This document shows positions 7,877 to 18,190 of a DNA stretch of 32,000 nucleotides, piece after piece (within the stretch, counting starts at the first letter, position 1; every line of letters starts with the position of its first letter). The notes beneath the pieces were generated by a model, which worked only from the letters and a program-made list of their open reading frames with translations, was not told the DNA's origin and ran no database searches. The position numbers and the translations under genes were made by a program. The stretch comes from Xanthomonas campestris pv. campestris str. ATCC 33913 (GTDB lineage Bacteria > Pseudomonadota > Gammaproteobacteria > Xanthomonadales > Xanthomonadaceae), in assembly GCF_000007145.1 (NCBI RefSeq), contig NC_003902.1, positions 3,446,497 through 3,478,496 of the forward strand. Reading direction: 5' to 3'.

Positions 7877-8757
7877 TGCGCTGCGTCCCGGCCTAGCTCC
7901 GCCTCTGCGCGCCGGGAGTAAGCGGTATTTAGCTCAGCCGGCAAGACCTCACGCCAGCGGCCGATTCGGCCCTGGTTGAAAAACGCCTTTCCGTCTTCGC
8001 GCCACAAACCGGTACCCTGCGGCACGTAGCGCGCCGCATGCTGCCGCATATAGTCGAAGCGGCAGTGCGCCACAATCGCATCCCACCTGTCTTGAGCGAC
8101 CGTAATGCCGAGAAAAGCGGCAATGAGACGGATCTGGCCGGGCAGGTCATCTAGCAGATCGGCGTAGTGCAGTAGCAGCACATTCGCGTCCTCGCGTCGT
8201 TCCCACCATGACCGCACGTTTTCCCATAATGGCCAGAACGGCGCTCCATCGTATTCGAGCCAATGCGCCACGTAGGCATCACGCGGCAGGCCCGGCGGCG
8301 ACACCACACGCAACTTGCCGGATTTGCCGCCATTAGCGTGCACGCGTGCCTGCGCATCCTGGCTTACCGCGCATTGATGGTCGTACAGGCTCAGTGCAAT
8401 GTCGCGGCCGTCGCGGCCGATGTAAAGGTATCTGGCGAGCGGACTAGTCACCAACGCATCGGCCGGCAAGTGTGTCTTCATGAAGCGCCGCTGGCTCTGC
8501 GCCTCCAGCAGCGCGAGCTTGGTCGCCTTATCCGGATAGACCCCGTCTACCCAAGGGGAGATGGCAGAGACATCAATGTTCGGTTCACCGCCGAAGATCA
8601 GTTGGGCCACAATCTGCTGCAGCCAGGTCGTGCCTGCTTTGGCGTAACTGGCGATTACGATATCGCCCCGGCGTAGCGCCAGATCATTCCATACGCTGGA
8701 ATCGAAAAATCGGTTGGGATATTCCCGCGTTTTCTTTCGAACATGCTGACTAATCAT
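7843..8757 (-). CDS. Sulfotransferase (Sulfotransfer_1 / cytosolic aryl-sulfotransferase-like), 304 aa
   Basis: 5'-PSB loop YAKAGTTWLQQIV. Catalytic-His context MKTHLP. 3'-PB motif YIGRDGRDIALSLY. The ATG at 8757 overlaps the last codons of the P450 gene by 8 nt. Confidence 0.88.
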   Translation of the reverse strand: MISQHVRKKTREYPNRFFDSSVWNDLALRRGDIVIASYAKAGTTWLQQIVAQLIFGGEPNIDVSAISPWVDGVYPDKATKLALLEAQSQRRFMKTHLPADALVTSPLARYLYIGRDGRDIALSLYDHQCAVSQDAQARVHANGGKSGKLRVVSPPGLPRDAYVAHWLEYDGAPFWPLWENVRSWWERREDANVLLLHYADLLDDLPGQIRLIAAFLGITVAQDRWDAIVAHCRFDYMRQHAARYVPQGTGLWREDGKAFFNQGRIGRWREVLPAELNTAYSRRAEAELGRDAAQWLAHGQTQTS

Positions 8758-9910
8758 TGGGCGTTACCGAAGCGAGACGTACCGGGGAGGCATGCGCCCG
8801 CGATGGCACAACTGAGCGTATCACTCGTGGCCGCAGCGCGATACGCACATCCATTGGCCGCAACACAAGAGCGGGAAAGGGCGACGGCCGCGCGTCAGGA
8901 GCCAGATGCAGGCTACATGCATGCAACACGGTAGCGATGACTATGGTCATCTGGGTCAGCGCCAACATGCAACCAATGCAGCTACGTGGGCCACCGCCAA
9001 AGGGGAAGTAGCTATAACGCGTCAGCGAGTGGGTGGCGCTGTCGTCAAGCCAGCGCGCGGGCAGGAAAATCTCAGGGTCGGGAAAATGGCGCCCGTCGCG
9101 ATGCACGACCCATGCACTGACGAGCAATTGGGTGCCACGTGGAACATGGAAGCCATTCAATGTGGCGTCGCGTTGCGCAATCCTTGCGGTTATCCATGCC
9201 GGTGGATACAGACGCATTGACTCCTTGACGCAGGCCCGCGATTGCGGCAACCGGTCAAGCAAGCTGGTGCCTGAAGCGACATCGGCGCCGTCCAGTGCGC
9301 TGGCTTCTTGCGCCACCTCCTGCGCGATGTGCGGGTGCTGAGCCAGTAATAACAAGGTCCAGGTCAGCGCTGCCGACATCGGCTCCAGTGCCGACATCAG
9401 TATCGCCGCCGCTTCGTCGCGGCACCAGTCGCCGTCGTCTCGCGCGGTTTCGGCTAGCAGTAGCGCCAGCACCGATGCTGCGCGCGGCGGACGCTGCGTG
9501 CTTTGCATCAATATCCGATCCAACGCCATGTCGATGTCCGCGCGTAAGCGGCGCAAGCGACGCCGGCCTGATGATGGCCACCAGGTCGGCGCCAGGGATT
9601 GACGACGCGTCTGCTTGGAGATGGCATCGACCATGGGCAGCATGCGGAGCAAGTCCGCTGCATTCGCCGAATCTCCAAGCAGGAAGCCAGCTCCCAACTG
9701 CGCGCACAGCCCAGTCATCAGCGTGCGCATGTCTTGTGTCGCGCATGAGTCGCCCAGCTCATGCAAGAGCGAGCGGGTGGCCGCCGACGCCTGCATTGCA
9801 GATTCGCGTACCAGCGCAGCGCGAAATGCAGGCATAAGCGTCCGCCGCTTATGCTGCCAGACCGCGCCCGAGCTGTTCATCACAGAAGCAGGGAATGCAG
9901 GGCGCCGCAT
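8750..9910 (-). CDS. Cytochrome P450, 386 aa as drawn, apparently lacking the canonical N-terminal ~75-80 residues
   Basis: Heme-binding loop FPFGGGPRSCIG (Cys at residue 311). ExxR motif (KESMRLYPP). PERF-like LPARWL. The C-helix motif W-x-H-K-R-R...PAF already occurs at residues 18-29, whereas it sits near residue 90-110 in full-length P450s. The I-helix reads ALEPMS instead of the usual (A/G)Gx(D/E)T(T/S). Confidence 0.85.
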   Translation of the reverse strand: MRRPAFPASVMNSSGAVWQHKRRTLMPAFRAALVRESAMQASAATRSLLHELGDSCATQDMRTLMTGLCAQLGAGFLLGDSANAADLLRMLPMVDAISKQTRRQSLAPTWWPSSGRRRLRRLRADIDMALDRILMQSTQRPPRAASVLALLLAETARDDGDWCRDEAAAILMSALEPMSAALTWTLLLLAQHPHIAQEVAQEASALDGADVASGTSLLDRLPQSRACVKESMRLYPPAWITARIAQRDATLNGFHVPRGTQLLVSAWVVHRDGRHFPDPEIFLPARWLDDSATHSLTRYSYFPFGGGPRSCIGCMLALTQMTIVIATVLHACSLHLAPDARPSPFPALVLRPMDVRIALRPRVIRSVVPSRAHASPVRLASVTPND

Positions 9911-10127
9911 GCCCGGGTCCGGGTCAGGGTCAGCCTTCCCTATGGGGAGCGTGCGCCTGTAACGCAGGCAACACCCTGCAAACGCGCCGGAAACGGCAAA
10001 AAAATCGAGGATCTGAGCGCCGTCAGCCTGGCCGATGTAGTTGGGCTCATCCTCCGACGCCGTTGATCAGACCATCCCTAGAGCACAGGCAGACAACACC
10101 TAGTAGCAGCCTGCCCGCACCCGCCAC

Positions 10128-10871
10128 TTACGCTGTCTGCAACAACTGCACGATGCTGCGCACGCGCGCCACGTCGGTGCGTTGATAATCGCCGCCCAGG
10201 TCAGTGATGTACGGATGCGGTGCATGCACCTGCGCCGCCACCGGGCCACGCGCCGAGGCATGAAATTCGCGCGCACCGGTGCCTGCGCGCAACGCCTGCA
10301 CATTGGCCGCCGAAACACCCGCACCCGGCATGATGCTGATCCGCTCGCCGGCCTGCCGCACCAGGGCGGCAATGGTCTCTACACCCTCAAGCGCGCTCGC
10401 ACGCGCACCCGAGGTCAACACACGCTCGCACCCCAGCGTAATCGCATCCTCCAGCACGCGTGCGGGATCGGCGCTGACATCGATCGCGCGATGGAACGTC
10501 ACCCCCAGCGTCCCTGCGGCCTCGATCAACGCACGCATCGCCGGCAGGTCGACTTGCCCCTGCGGATCCAGCGCGCCCAGCACCACGCCGTCGCAGCCCA
10601 GCCGCACGCACTGCTCCACGTCGCGCCGCATCACCTCCACCTCCGCGGCGTCGAAAACAAAATCGCCTACGCGCGGGCGGATCAGCACATACAGCGGAAT
10701 CTGTAAGCGTTCGCGCACCACTGCCAAGGTGCCGAACGAGGGCGTCAGCCCACCGCCATCCAGCCCGCCGCAGAGTTCGACGCGGATTGCACCGCCATCC
10801 TGCGCGGCCAATGCCGAGCCCACCGAATCGGCCGCCACTTCCAATCCCACCACGACGTCTGCCGCACTCAT
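10128..10871 (-). CDS. cutC: Copper homeostasis protein CutC family (TIM barrel), 247 aa
   Basis: GLEVAADSVGSALAAQDGGAIRVELCGGLDGGGLTPSFG matches the CutC N-terminal signature (E.C..s...a..A...GAdRiELC..l..GGlTPS.G). The ATG overlaps the upstream stop (ATGA at 10868-10871). Confidence 0.88.
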   Translation of the reverse strand: MSAADVVVGLEVAADSVGSALAAQDGGAIRVELCGGLDGGGLTPSFGTLAVVRERLQIPLYVLIRPRVGDFVFDAAEVEVMRRDVEQCVRLGCDGVVLGALDPQGQVDLPAMRALIEAAGTLGVTFHRAIDVSADPARVLEDAITLGCERVLTSGARASALEGVETIAALVRQAGERISIMPGAGVSAANVQALRAGTGAREFHASARGPVAAQVHAPHPYITDLGGDYQRTDVARVRSIVQLLQTA

Positions 10872-11932
10872 GCGGCGGGCTCGTTGCGGTAGTGGCTCTC
10901 ACCGGGCACCAGCAGGTCCTGCCGCTGCGCATCGCAGACCGCGTAGCTGAAACCCTTCTGGATCGCGAACGCGCCGACCTCGCCGCGTTTGTTCATCGCC
11001 AGAAAGCCCACCTGCAACGTGCGCGTGAGCTCGGGCTTGCGCCGCACCAGCCGCATCACCACCTCGCGGCAGGCATCTGCCGGCGACTTGCCCTGGCGCA
11101 TCATTTCCACCACCGCAAAGCTGCCGACATTGCGGATCACTTCTTCGCCCACACCGGTGGAGGTGGCGCCGCCCACGTCGTTGTCCACATACAGGCCCGC
11201 ACCGATGATCGGGCTGTCGCCGACCCGGCCGTGCATCTTCCACGCCATGCCACTGGTGGTGCACGCGCCGGACAGATTGCCGTGCGCATCGAGTGCCAGC
11301 ATGCCGATGGTGTCGTGGTTGTCCTTGCCACCCGGCAGCTTGGCATCGCGCCAGGCGCGGTTCTCGATATTGGCTTCGGGCGAATACTTGGACGTCTTCA
11401 ACCACTCCTTCCACGCCGCCTCCGAACTGGGCGTCAGCAGCTTGGTCTTTGGGAACCCCTGCTCAAGCGCGAACTGCCGCGCACCATCGCCCACCAGCAT
11501 CACGTGCGGTGTTTTTTCCATCACCGCGCGCGCCACGGAGATGGCGTGCACCACATCTTCCAGCGAAGCCACCGCCCCGCAATTGCCGAGGTGATCCATG
11601 ATGCAGGCATCCAGGGTCACCCGCCCGTCGCGATCCGGATAGCCACCCAGGCCCACGGTGGGATTGCTGGCATCGGCCTCGGGCACGCGCACGCCCGCTT
11701 CCACCGCATCCAGCGCCTTGCCGCCGGCTTTCAGAATGTCCCAGGCCGCCTGATTGGCGGCGATGCCGAAATCCCAGGTGGAGATCACCCGCGGCGCGCC
11801 AGCGGGCAGGACCGGCACACGTGCGGTGGTAGCCACACCCGCAGCTGCCTGCGCACGCGCGCCCCACCCGGCCAGCCCGGAAGCAATGGCGCCCAGCGTG
11901 GCGCTCTTGAGGAAGTGACGACGTTGGATCAT
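10868..11932 (-). CDS. Tat-exported N4-(beta-N-acetylglucosaminyl)-L-asparaginase (glycosylasparaginase, Ntn hydrolase), 354 aa
   Basis: Twin-arginine signal MIQRRHFLKSATLGAIASGLAGWGARAQA. Autoprocessing/nucleophile motif NHDTIGMLALD. GAGLYVDNDVGGATSTGVGEEVIR is typical of the family. I chose the ATG at 11932, so the track ORF starting at 12037 is an extension. Confidence 0.9.
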   Translation of the reverse strand: MIQRRHFLKSATLGAIASGLAGWGARAQAAAGVATTARVPVLPAGAPRVISTWDFGIAANQAAWDILKAGGKALDAVEAGVRVPEADASNPTVGLGGYPDRDGRVTLDACIMDHLGNCGAVASLEDVVHAISVARAVMEKTPHVMLVGDGARQFALEQGFPKTKLLTPSSEAAWKEWLKTSKYSPEANIENRAWRDAKLPGGKDNHDTIGMLALDAHGNLSGACTTSGMAWKMHGRVGDSPIIGAGLYVDNDVGGATSTGVGEEVIRNVGSFAVVEMMRQGKSPADACREVVMRLVRRKPELTRTLQVGFLAMNKRGEVGAFAIQKGFSYAVCDAQRQDLLVPGESHYRNEPAA

Positions 11933-12219
11933 CCAGATGCACTCCGTGACGGAAACAGGTGACCGCGCGATCAGCGGCAGCCTCCCATGATGCGACAGCG
12001 TGGCGCGCCGATAAACCACAACGCCGCTGCCGTGCATGCGGATCCGCGCACAACGCGAACCACGGCAGCGCGAACGCAGCCGCCAAGTCGGCGAAAAAAA
12101 TGTCGCATCGGTTAACCCCGTTTCCCATCCTGGCCCGTTAGACGTTCAGAGGCGCAGTGCACGGCGACCTCCGGACCTCTTCTCTCGCCACGCTTGTTTA
12201 CACAAGCAAAGGACGTTGT

Positions 12220-14013
12220 ATGCCGCGCCACAGCCTTCTTGCGCTCGCCCTGCTCCTGGGCGCCTGCAGCAGCAATCAGCCCACTACCCCGTCGCTCACT
12301 CACGACGCCGCCACACCACGCGAACAGCAGCCACCAGTAGCGGACTCGGCCGCAAACCTGCCGTTACCCGAGACCAGCATGGTGGCGCCCCAGGTCGAAA
12401 GCTCCCTGCGCCAGCGCGCACAAGGGAACGTGCAGGCCTCCAAGACAGCCTCACGCCCAATGCTGCCTGCACCGCCGGTGCTTTCCACCCCCGCAGCCCC
12501 TGTCCCGGCGGCCGCACTCGCAGAGCCGATGCACATGCACGAGCGGCTGATGCCAATGCCGCCCAGCCCGCCCACCGAGAACCGCGAGACCTATCAAACG
12601 CTGAGCGACAACCCGATCGTGCAGGCCGCCGAACAGCCGGTCTCCACCTTCAGCATCGACGTGGATACCGGCAGCTACAGCAATGTGCGCCGCTTCTTGA
12701 ATGCCGGCACCTTGCCACCGGTGGATGCAGTGCGCGTAGAAGAACTGATCAACTATTTCCGCTACGACGATCCGGCCCCGACGGATGGCACGCCGTTCGC
12801 GGTCCGCACCGAACTCGCTCCCACGCCCTGGAACACCGACACGCTGCTGCTGCGCATCGGCGTCGCCGGCCGCGAAGTACCAACCGCCGCGTTGCCGGCC
12901 GCCAACCTGGTGTTCCTGGTGGATGTCTCCGGCTCGATGGGCGCGCCAGACAAGTTGCCGCTGCTGCAGTCATCGCTCAAATTGCTGGTGCGGCAACTGC
13001 GGAAGCAGGACCGCATCACCCTGGTGACCTACGCCGGCAGCACCGCCGTGGTGTTGCCGCCCACATCCGGCGCCCAACAAACGCGCATCGTCGAAGCCAT
13101 CGACAGCCTGCAATCGGGCGGCGGCACCGCCGGTGCCAGTGGCATCGAGCTGGCCTACAAAGCGGCCCAGCAGGCGTATCTGCGCGGCGGCATCAACCGC
13201 ATCCTGCTGGCCACCGATGGCGACTTCAACGTGGGCGTCACCGACTTCGACCAGCTCAAGGGCATGGTGGCCGAAAAGCGCCGTTCCGGCGTGGCACTGA
13301 GCACGCTCGGCTTTGGCACCGGCAACTACAACGACACGCTCATGGAGCAACTGGCCGACGCCGGCGATGGCGCCTACGCCTACATCGACTCGGCGCTGGA
13401 AGCACGCAAGGTGCTCACCCACGAACTGGGATCGACACTCGCCACCATCGCGCGCGACGTCAAGATCCAGGTCGAATTCAACCCAGGCACGGTCAAGGAA
13501 TACCGCCTGATCGGCTATGAAAACCGTGCCCTGCGCCGCGAGGATTTCAACAACGACCAGGTCGACGCCGGCGACATCGGCGCTGGGCACACCGTCACCG
13601 CACTGTATGAAATCACCCCGGCACAGGGCGCCGCCTCCGTCGACCCGCTGCGTTACGCCACCACCGCGGCGCGGCGCCCGCAGCCTACGACCGGCAACGA
13701 GCTGGCGCACGTCAAGCTGCGCTACAAGCTGCCGGAGGCGCAGCGCAGCCGCCTGCTCGATACCGTGGTGCGTGCCAACCAGCAGCAAGCGCTGGCTGCC
13801 ACCAGCGATGCGTTCCGCTTTTCGGCAGCGGTGGCCGGCTTTGGTCAACGGCTGCGTGGCGGCAGCCAGCTGCACGGCTGGGATTACCCGCAGCTGCGCG
13901 CATTGGCGGCTGGCAGCCTGGGCAGCGACCGGCATGGCTACCGCGCCGATTTCCTGCAGCTGCTGCAGCAGGCAGACGCATTGAGCAGCCGGCCGCTTGC
14001 CACTAACGACTGA
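12220..14013 (+). CDS. von Willebrand factor type A (vWA) domain lipoprotein, YfbK-like, 597 aa
   Basis: Lipoprotein signal and lipobox MPRHSLLALALLLGAC. Conserved pre-vWA segment STFSIDVDTGSYSNVRRFL...VRVEELINYF. MIDAS motif LVFLVDVSGSMG. The ATG at 12220 is preceded by AAAGGA. The track ORF starting at 12157 is an extension. Confidence 0.88.
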   Translation: MPRHSLLALALLLGACSSNQPTTPSLTHDAATPREQQPPVADSAANLPLPETSMVAPQVESSLRQRAQGNVQASKTASRPMLPAPPVLSTPAAPVPAAALAEPMHMHERLMPMPPSPPTENRETYQTLSDNPIVQAAEQPVSTFSIDVDTGSYSNVRRFLNAGTLPPVDAVRVEELINYFRYDDPAPTDGTPFAVRTELAPTPWNTDTLLLRIGVAGREVPTAALPAANLVFLVDVSGSMGAPDKLPLLQSSLKLLVRQLRKQDRITLVTYAGSTAVVLPPTSGAQQTRIVEAIDSLQSGGGTAGASGIELAYKAAQQAYLRGGINRILLATDGDFNVGVTDFDQLKGMVAEKRRSGVALSTLGFGTGNYNDTLMEQLADAGDGAYAYIDSALEARKVLTHELGSTLATIARDVKIQVEFNPGTVKEYRLIGYENRALRREDFNNDQVDAGDIGAGHTVTALYEITPAQGAASVDPLRYATTAARRPQPTTGNELAHVKLRYKLPEAQRSRLLDTVVRANQQQALAATSDAFRFSAAVAGFGQRLRGGSQLHGWDYPQLRALAAGSLGSDRHGYRADFLQLLQQADALSSRPLATND

Positions 14014-14040
14014 TCCCCAGGTCGTTCCCCGGGAGATGGC

Positions 14041-14669
14041 ATGCGCGCTGAGCTGGCAATGAGCCATTGCACCACGCAGCACGCGCTCTACACTGCGCGC
14101 ATGCCATCGACCGATCTTGCGCAACTTCCCGACGAGGAGCTCATGCTCCTCGTCGCCAATGGCTTCATCGAGCAACCGGCAAGCATGCTGTTCCAGCGCC
14201 ACAACCGTGCGCTGTTCAATTTCCTGGCCTGGCTCTGCGAGGGCAACCTAAGCGAGGCCGAAGACCTGGCGCAGAAAACCTGGGTCAAGCTGATGACCCG
14301 ATGCAGCGACTACCGGCCCGGGCAGGCCGCGTTCACCACATTCCTGTTCCAGATCGGCCGCAATGCGTGGATCGACACGCGCCGCAGCGCGCACCACACC
14401 ACCTCGACTGCGCTGGACGAGGCGCATCTGCAACTGCCCGACCAGGAGTTGTCGGGCGAGCAGTTGGCGATGCTTGGCCAACAGCAGCACCGCGTGCGCG
14501 CGGCCGTCATGGCATTGCCGGATGCGCAGCGCGAAGTGGTGGTGCTGCGGTTCTTTGCCGAACTTGGTGTTGAAGAAATCGCCCACGTGGTGGGCGAAGG
14601 CTTCGAGACCGTGAAAAGCCGCCTGCGCTATGCATTCGCCAAGCTGCGCGTCAGCCTGGATGCGGTGCA

Positions 14670-14673
<4 letters not shown>
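14041..14673 (+). CDS. ECF-type RNA polymerase sigma-70 family factor, 210 aa
   Basis: Region 2 (LFQRHNRALFNFLAWLCEGNLSEAEDLAQKTWVKL). Region 4 HTH (LPDAQREVVVLRFFAELGVEEIAHVVGEGFETVKSRLRYAFAKLR). The ATG at 14041 is preceded by GGGAGA. The start could instead be 14059 or 14101. Confidence 0.88.
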
Positions 14674-16556
<1,883 letters not shown>

Positions 16557-16558
16557 TG

Positions 16559-16590
16559 CCAGCGGCCTGTCAAGCGGCCGTAGCCGCTGG
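16559..16590 (+). terminator. Weak candidate hairpin after the 14670-16556 CDS
   Basis: CCAGCGGC (16559-16566) pairs with GCCGCTGG (16583-16590) around a 16-nt loop. It starts 3 nt after the TGA stop. There is no U-tract. Confidence 0.2.
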
Positions 16591-16799
16591 GCCGCAATGA
16601 CTTTGACGCTCACACGGGCGTTCGTGTCGCCCCACTCCATGTGGCCTTCGCCGTTTCCAGACTTCTTTAAACAGCGCGATACATCCAGAAGCGTGTCCAT
16701 CCGCAACTCCGCTCTCAACACCAACCTATACAACGACTGAGAACGCGTGACCGACCAAGCGCATGCAACCGAGTGCAACGGTTACTCAAAGGCCATCCA

Positions 16800-17372
16800 T
16801 CACTCCTCAACCGGAAACCCATCCTCACGCAGCAGGCTGGTCAGCACATGGTCGCGCCACACGCCGTTCAACTGCAGATAGCGGCGCGCCTGCCCTTCCA
16901 CCTGGAAGCCCAGGCGCTGCAACACGCGCGCACTGCGCTGATTCTCGGGCACGTACTGCGCCATTACGCGGTGCAGGCCCAGCGCCTCGAATACAAAAGC
17001 AATGCCCTGGGTGGCAGCCCAGTGGATCAGGCCACGGCCCTGCTGCTGCGCATCCAGCCCGTAGCCCATGTGGCAGGCCTGAAACGCACCGCGCTGGATC
17101 TGGGTAAAGCCCAGCGTGCCAATCACCTGGCTCTCCATCAGCAACACCAGCTGGAGTTCGCGCTCGCCTGGCACTGCAGTGCGGTACGCGATGCACAGGC
17201 GCCGCCAGCCATCGGTCGTGTAGAACGCCGGCGGCCGTGCCGGCATGGCATCGGCCAGGTGAGCGCGATTGCGGGTGTGGTACTCGGCCATGGCTGCCGG
17301 GTCCACCACGGCCAGGTCGCACAACACCACGCCGTCGGCATGCCGTCGCGGTGCAAACACCGGAATGCTCAC
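16800..17372 (-). CDS. GNAT family N-acetyltransferase (RimJ/RimL-like), 190 aa
   Basis: GFTQIQRGAFQACHMGYGLDAQQQGRGL...AFVFEALGLHRVMAQYVPENQRSARVLQRLGFQVEG...RRYLQLNGVWRDHVLTSLL matches the RimJ/RimL-type GNAT core (Q/RxxGxG/A, N.rS..vlekLGF..EG). The GTG start at 17372 is uncertain. Confidence 0.85.
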   Translation of the reverse strand: MSIPVFAPRRHADGVVLCDLAVVDPAAMAEYHTRNRAHLADAMPARPPAFYTTDGWRRLCIAYRTAVPGERELQLVLLMESQVIGTLGFTQIQRGAFQACHMGYGLDAQQQGRGLIHWAATQGIAFVFEALGLHRVMAQYVPENQRSARVLQRLGFQVEGQARRYLQLNGVWRDHVLTSLLREDGFPVEE

Positions 17373-17642
17373 GGTGGCGCGCTCGAACGACGCATCCTGC
17401 CCAAACGCGGCACGCTCGCGCCGATCAACTGCATCGCGAAAAACAGCGTTTCAGGCAGGCCATTCGCACAGCGCGCAGCCGCAGCAACAAGGGCGACCCC
17501 CGCATGCAACCGCAGCATGCGCGGCTCCTCTGGATAGAAAGAACGACGGCTGAAACAGGGCACTGGTGGCCGCTCTGAACGAGCAGCGCTGCAACGCATC
17601 CATCGCGTCGCTACGTTCGCTACCGGAGGCGATGGCACACAT

Positions 17643-17665
17643 GGCTGCGTGGCGGTCACGCAGCC
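17643..17665 (-). terminator. Candidate terminator hairpin of the Pil-Chp operon
   Basis: Perfect 9-bp stem GGCTGCGTG (17643-17651) / CACGCAGCC (17657-17665) with a 5-nt loop. It lies 14 nt downstream of the chpC stop on the minus strand and is followed there by aTGTGTg, a poor U-tract. Confidence 0.35.
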
Positions 17666-17679
17666 GTGGGGCGTTGGTG

Positions 17680-18156
17680 TCAGGCGGCCGCGGCGGCGAG
17701 CGCCTGGCCCACCTGCGCCTCGATGGCGTCCAGGTCGGGCAGCAACGCGCTCTGTTCGCCCAGCAGCACGCGCATGTGCACGCCGTCGGGCAACACATCT
17801 TCGGAAGCGTCGGCCAGCAGGCCATCGCGCGGCACCGAAATCAGCTGCGGGAACGAGGCAGTGAGCAATGCGAAATACGGCAGCACCGGGTTGCCACCCA
17901 GCGCCTTCAGCACGATCACCTTGTTGTTGAGCGCGGTGGGCTCTTCGCCCATGCCACTCAGGTGCGCGAACGACAGCAGCGGCACCTTCCAGCCGTACCA
18001 GTCGATGCGGCCCACCATCCAGCGTGGCATGTCGGCCAGCGGCTCCACCGCCACGCGCGACATCACCTCGGCCACCGTGGCGTTGGGCAGCAGCACGCGC
18101 TCCTGCCCGGCCTGGATCAGGACGCCGCGGATTTCGTCATTGTTGGCGTAGCTCAT
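17680..18156 (-). CDS. chpC: CheW-like coupling protein ChpC, 158 aa
   Basis: MSYANNDEIRGVLIQAGQERVLLPNATVAEVM...MVGRIDWYGWKVPLLSFAHL...VIVLKAL has the CheW-domain pattern. It is the last gene of the Pil-Chp cluster. The ATG at 18156 is preceded by GGAAG. The track ORF starting at 18297 is an extension. Confidence 0.8.
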   Translation of the reverse strand: MSYANNDEIRGVLIQAGQERVLLPNATVAEVMSRVAVEPLADMPRWMVGRIDWYGWKVPLLSFAHLSGMGEEPTALNNKVIVLKALGGNPVLPYFALLTASFPQLISVPRDGLLADASEDVLPDGVHMRVLLGEQSALLPDLDAIEAQVGQALAAAAA

Positions 18157-18190
18157 CGCTTGTCTTCCAATCTGGGTGGGAACGCCCGGC

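Noticed and set aside
9912-9932. Triple hexamer CGGGTC-CGGGTC-AGGGTC immediately upstream of the P450 ATG
   Set aside because: On the coding strand it reads GAC CCT GAC CCG GAC CCG (Asp-Pro x3) in frame with the P450. It is more simply explained as part of the disrupted upstream coding remnant than as a regulatory repeat.
11933-12219. ECF-type promoter (GGAAC-N16/17-CGTC-like) and a 6-bp inverted repeat GCTTGT-TTAC-ACAAGC (12192-12207) upstream of the vWA gene
   Set aside because: Two GCGAAC motifs are present, but neither has a suitably spaced -10 element. The inverted repeat is short. I could not support a promoter call from sequence alone.
12036-13520. A 494-aa plus-strand ORF overlapping the vWA gene in another frame
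   Set aside because: The translation is Arg/Pro/His-rich with no motifs. The overlapping frame (12220-14013) has a lipobox, MIDAS motif and conserved vWA segments.
17373-17642. Possible gene or sRNA in the 300-bp gap between the GNAT start and the chpC terminator (ORF 17369-17659 -, 96 aa)
   Set aside because: There is no SD, no codon bias and no recognisable motif or structured-RNA signature beyond the hairpin at 17643-17665. It most likely contains only the GNAT promoter region.
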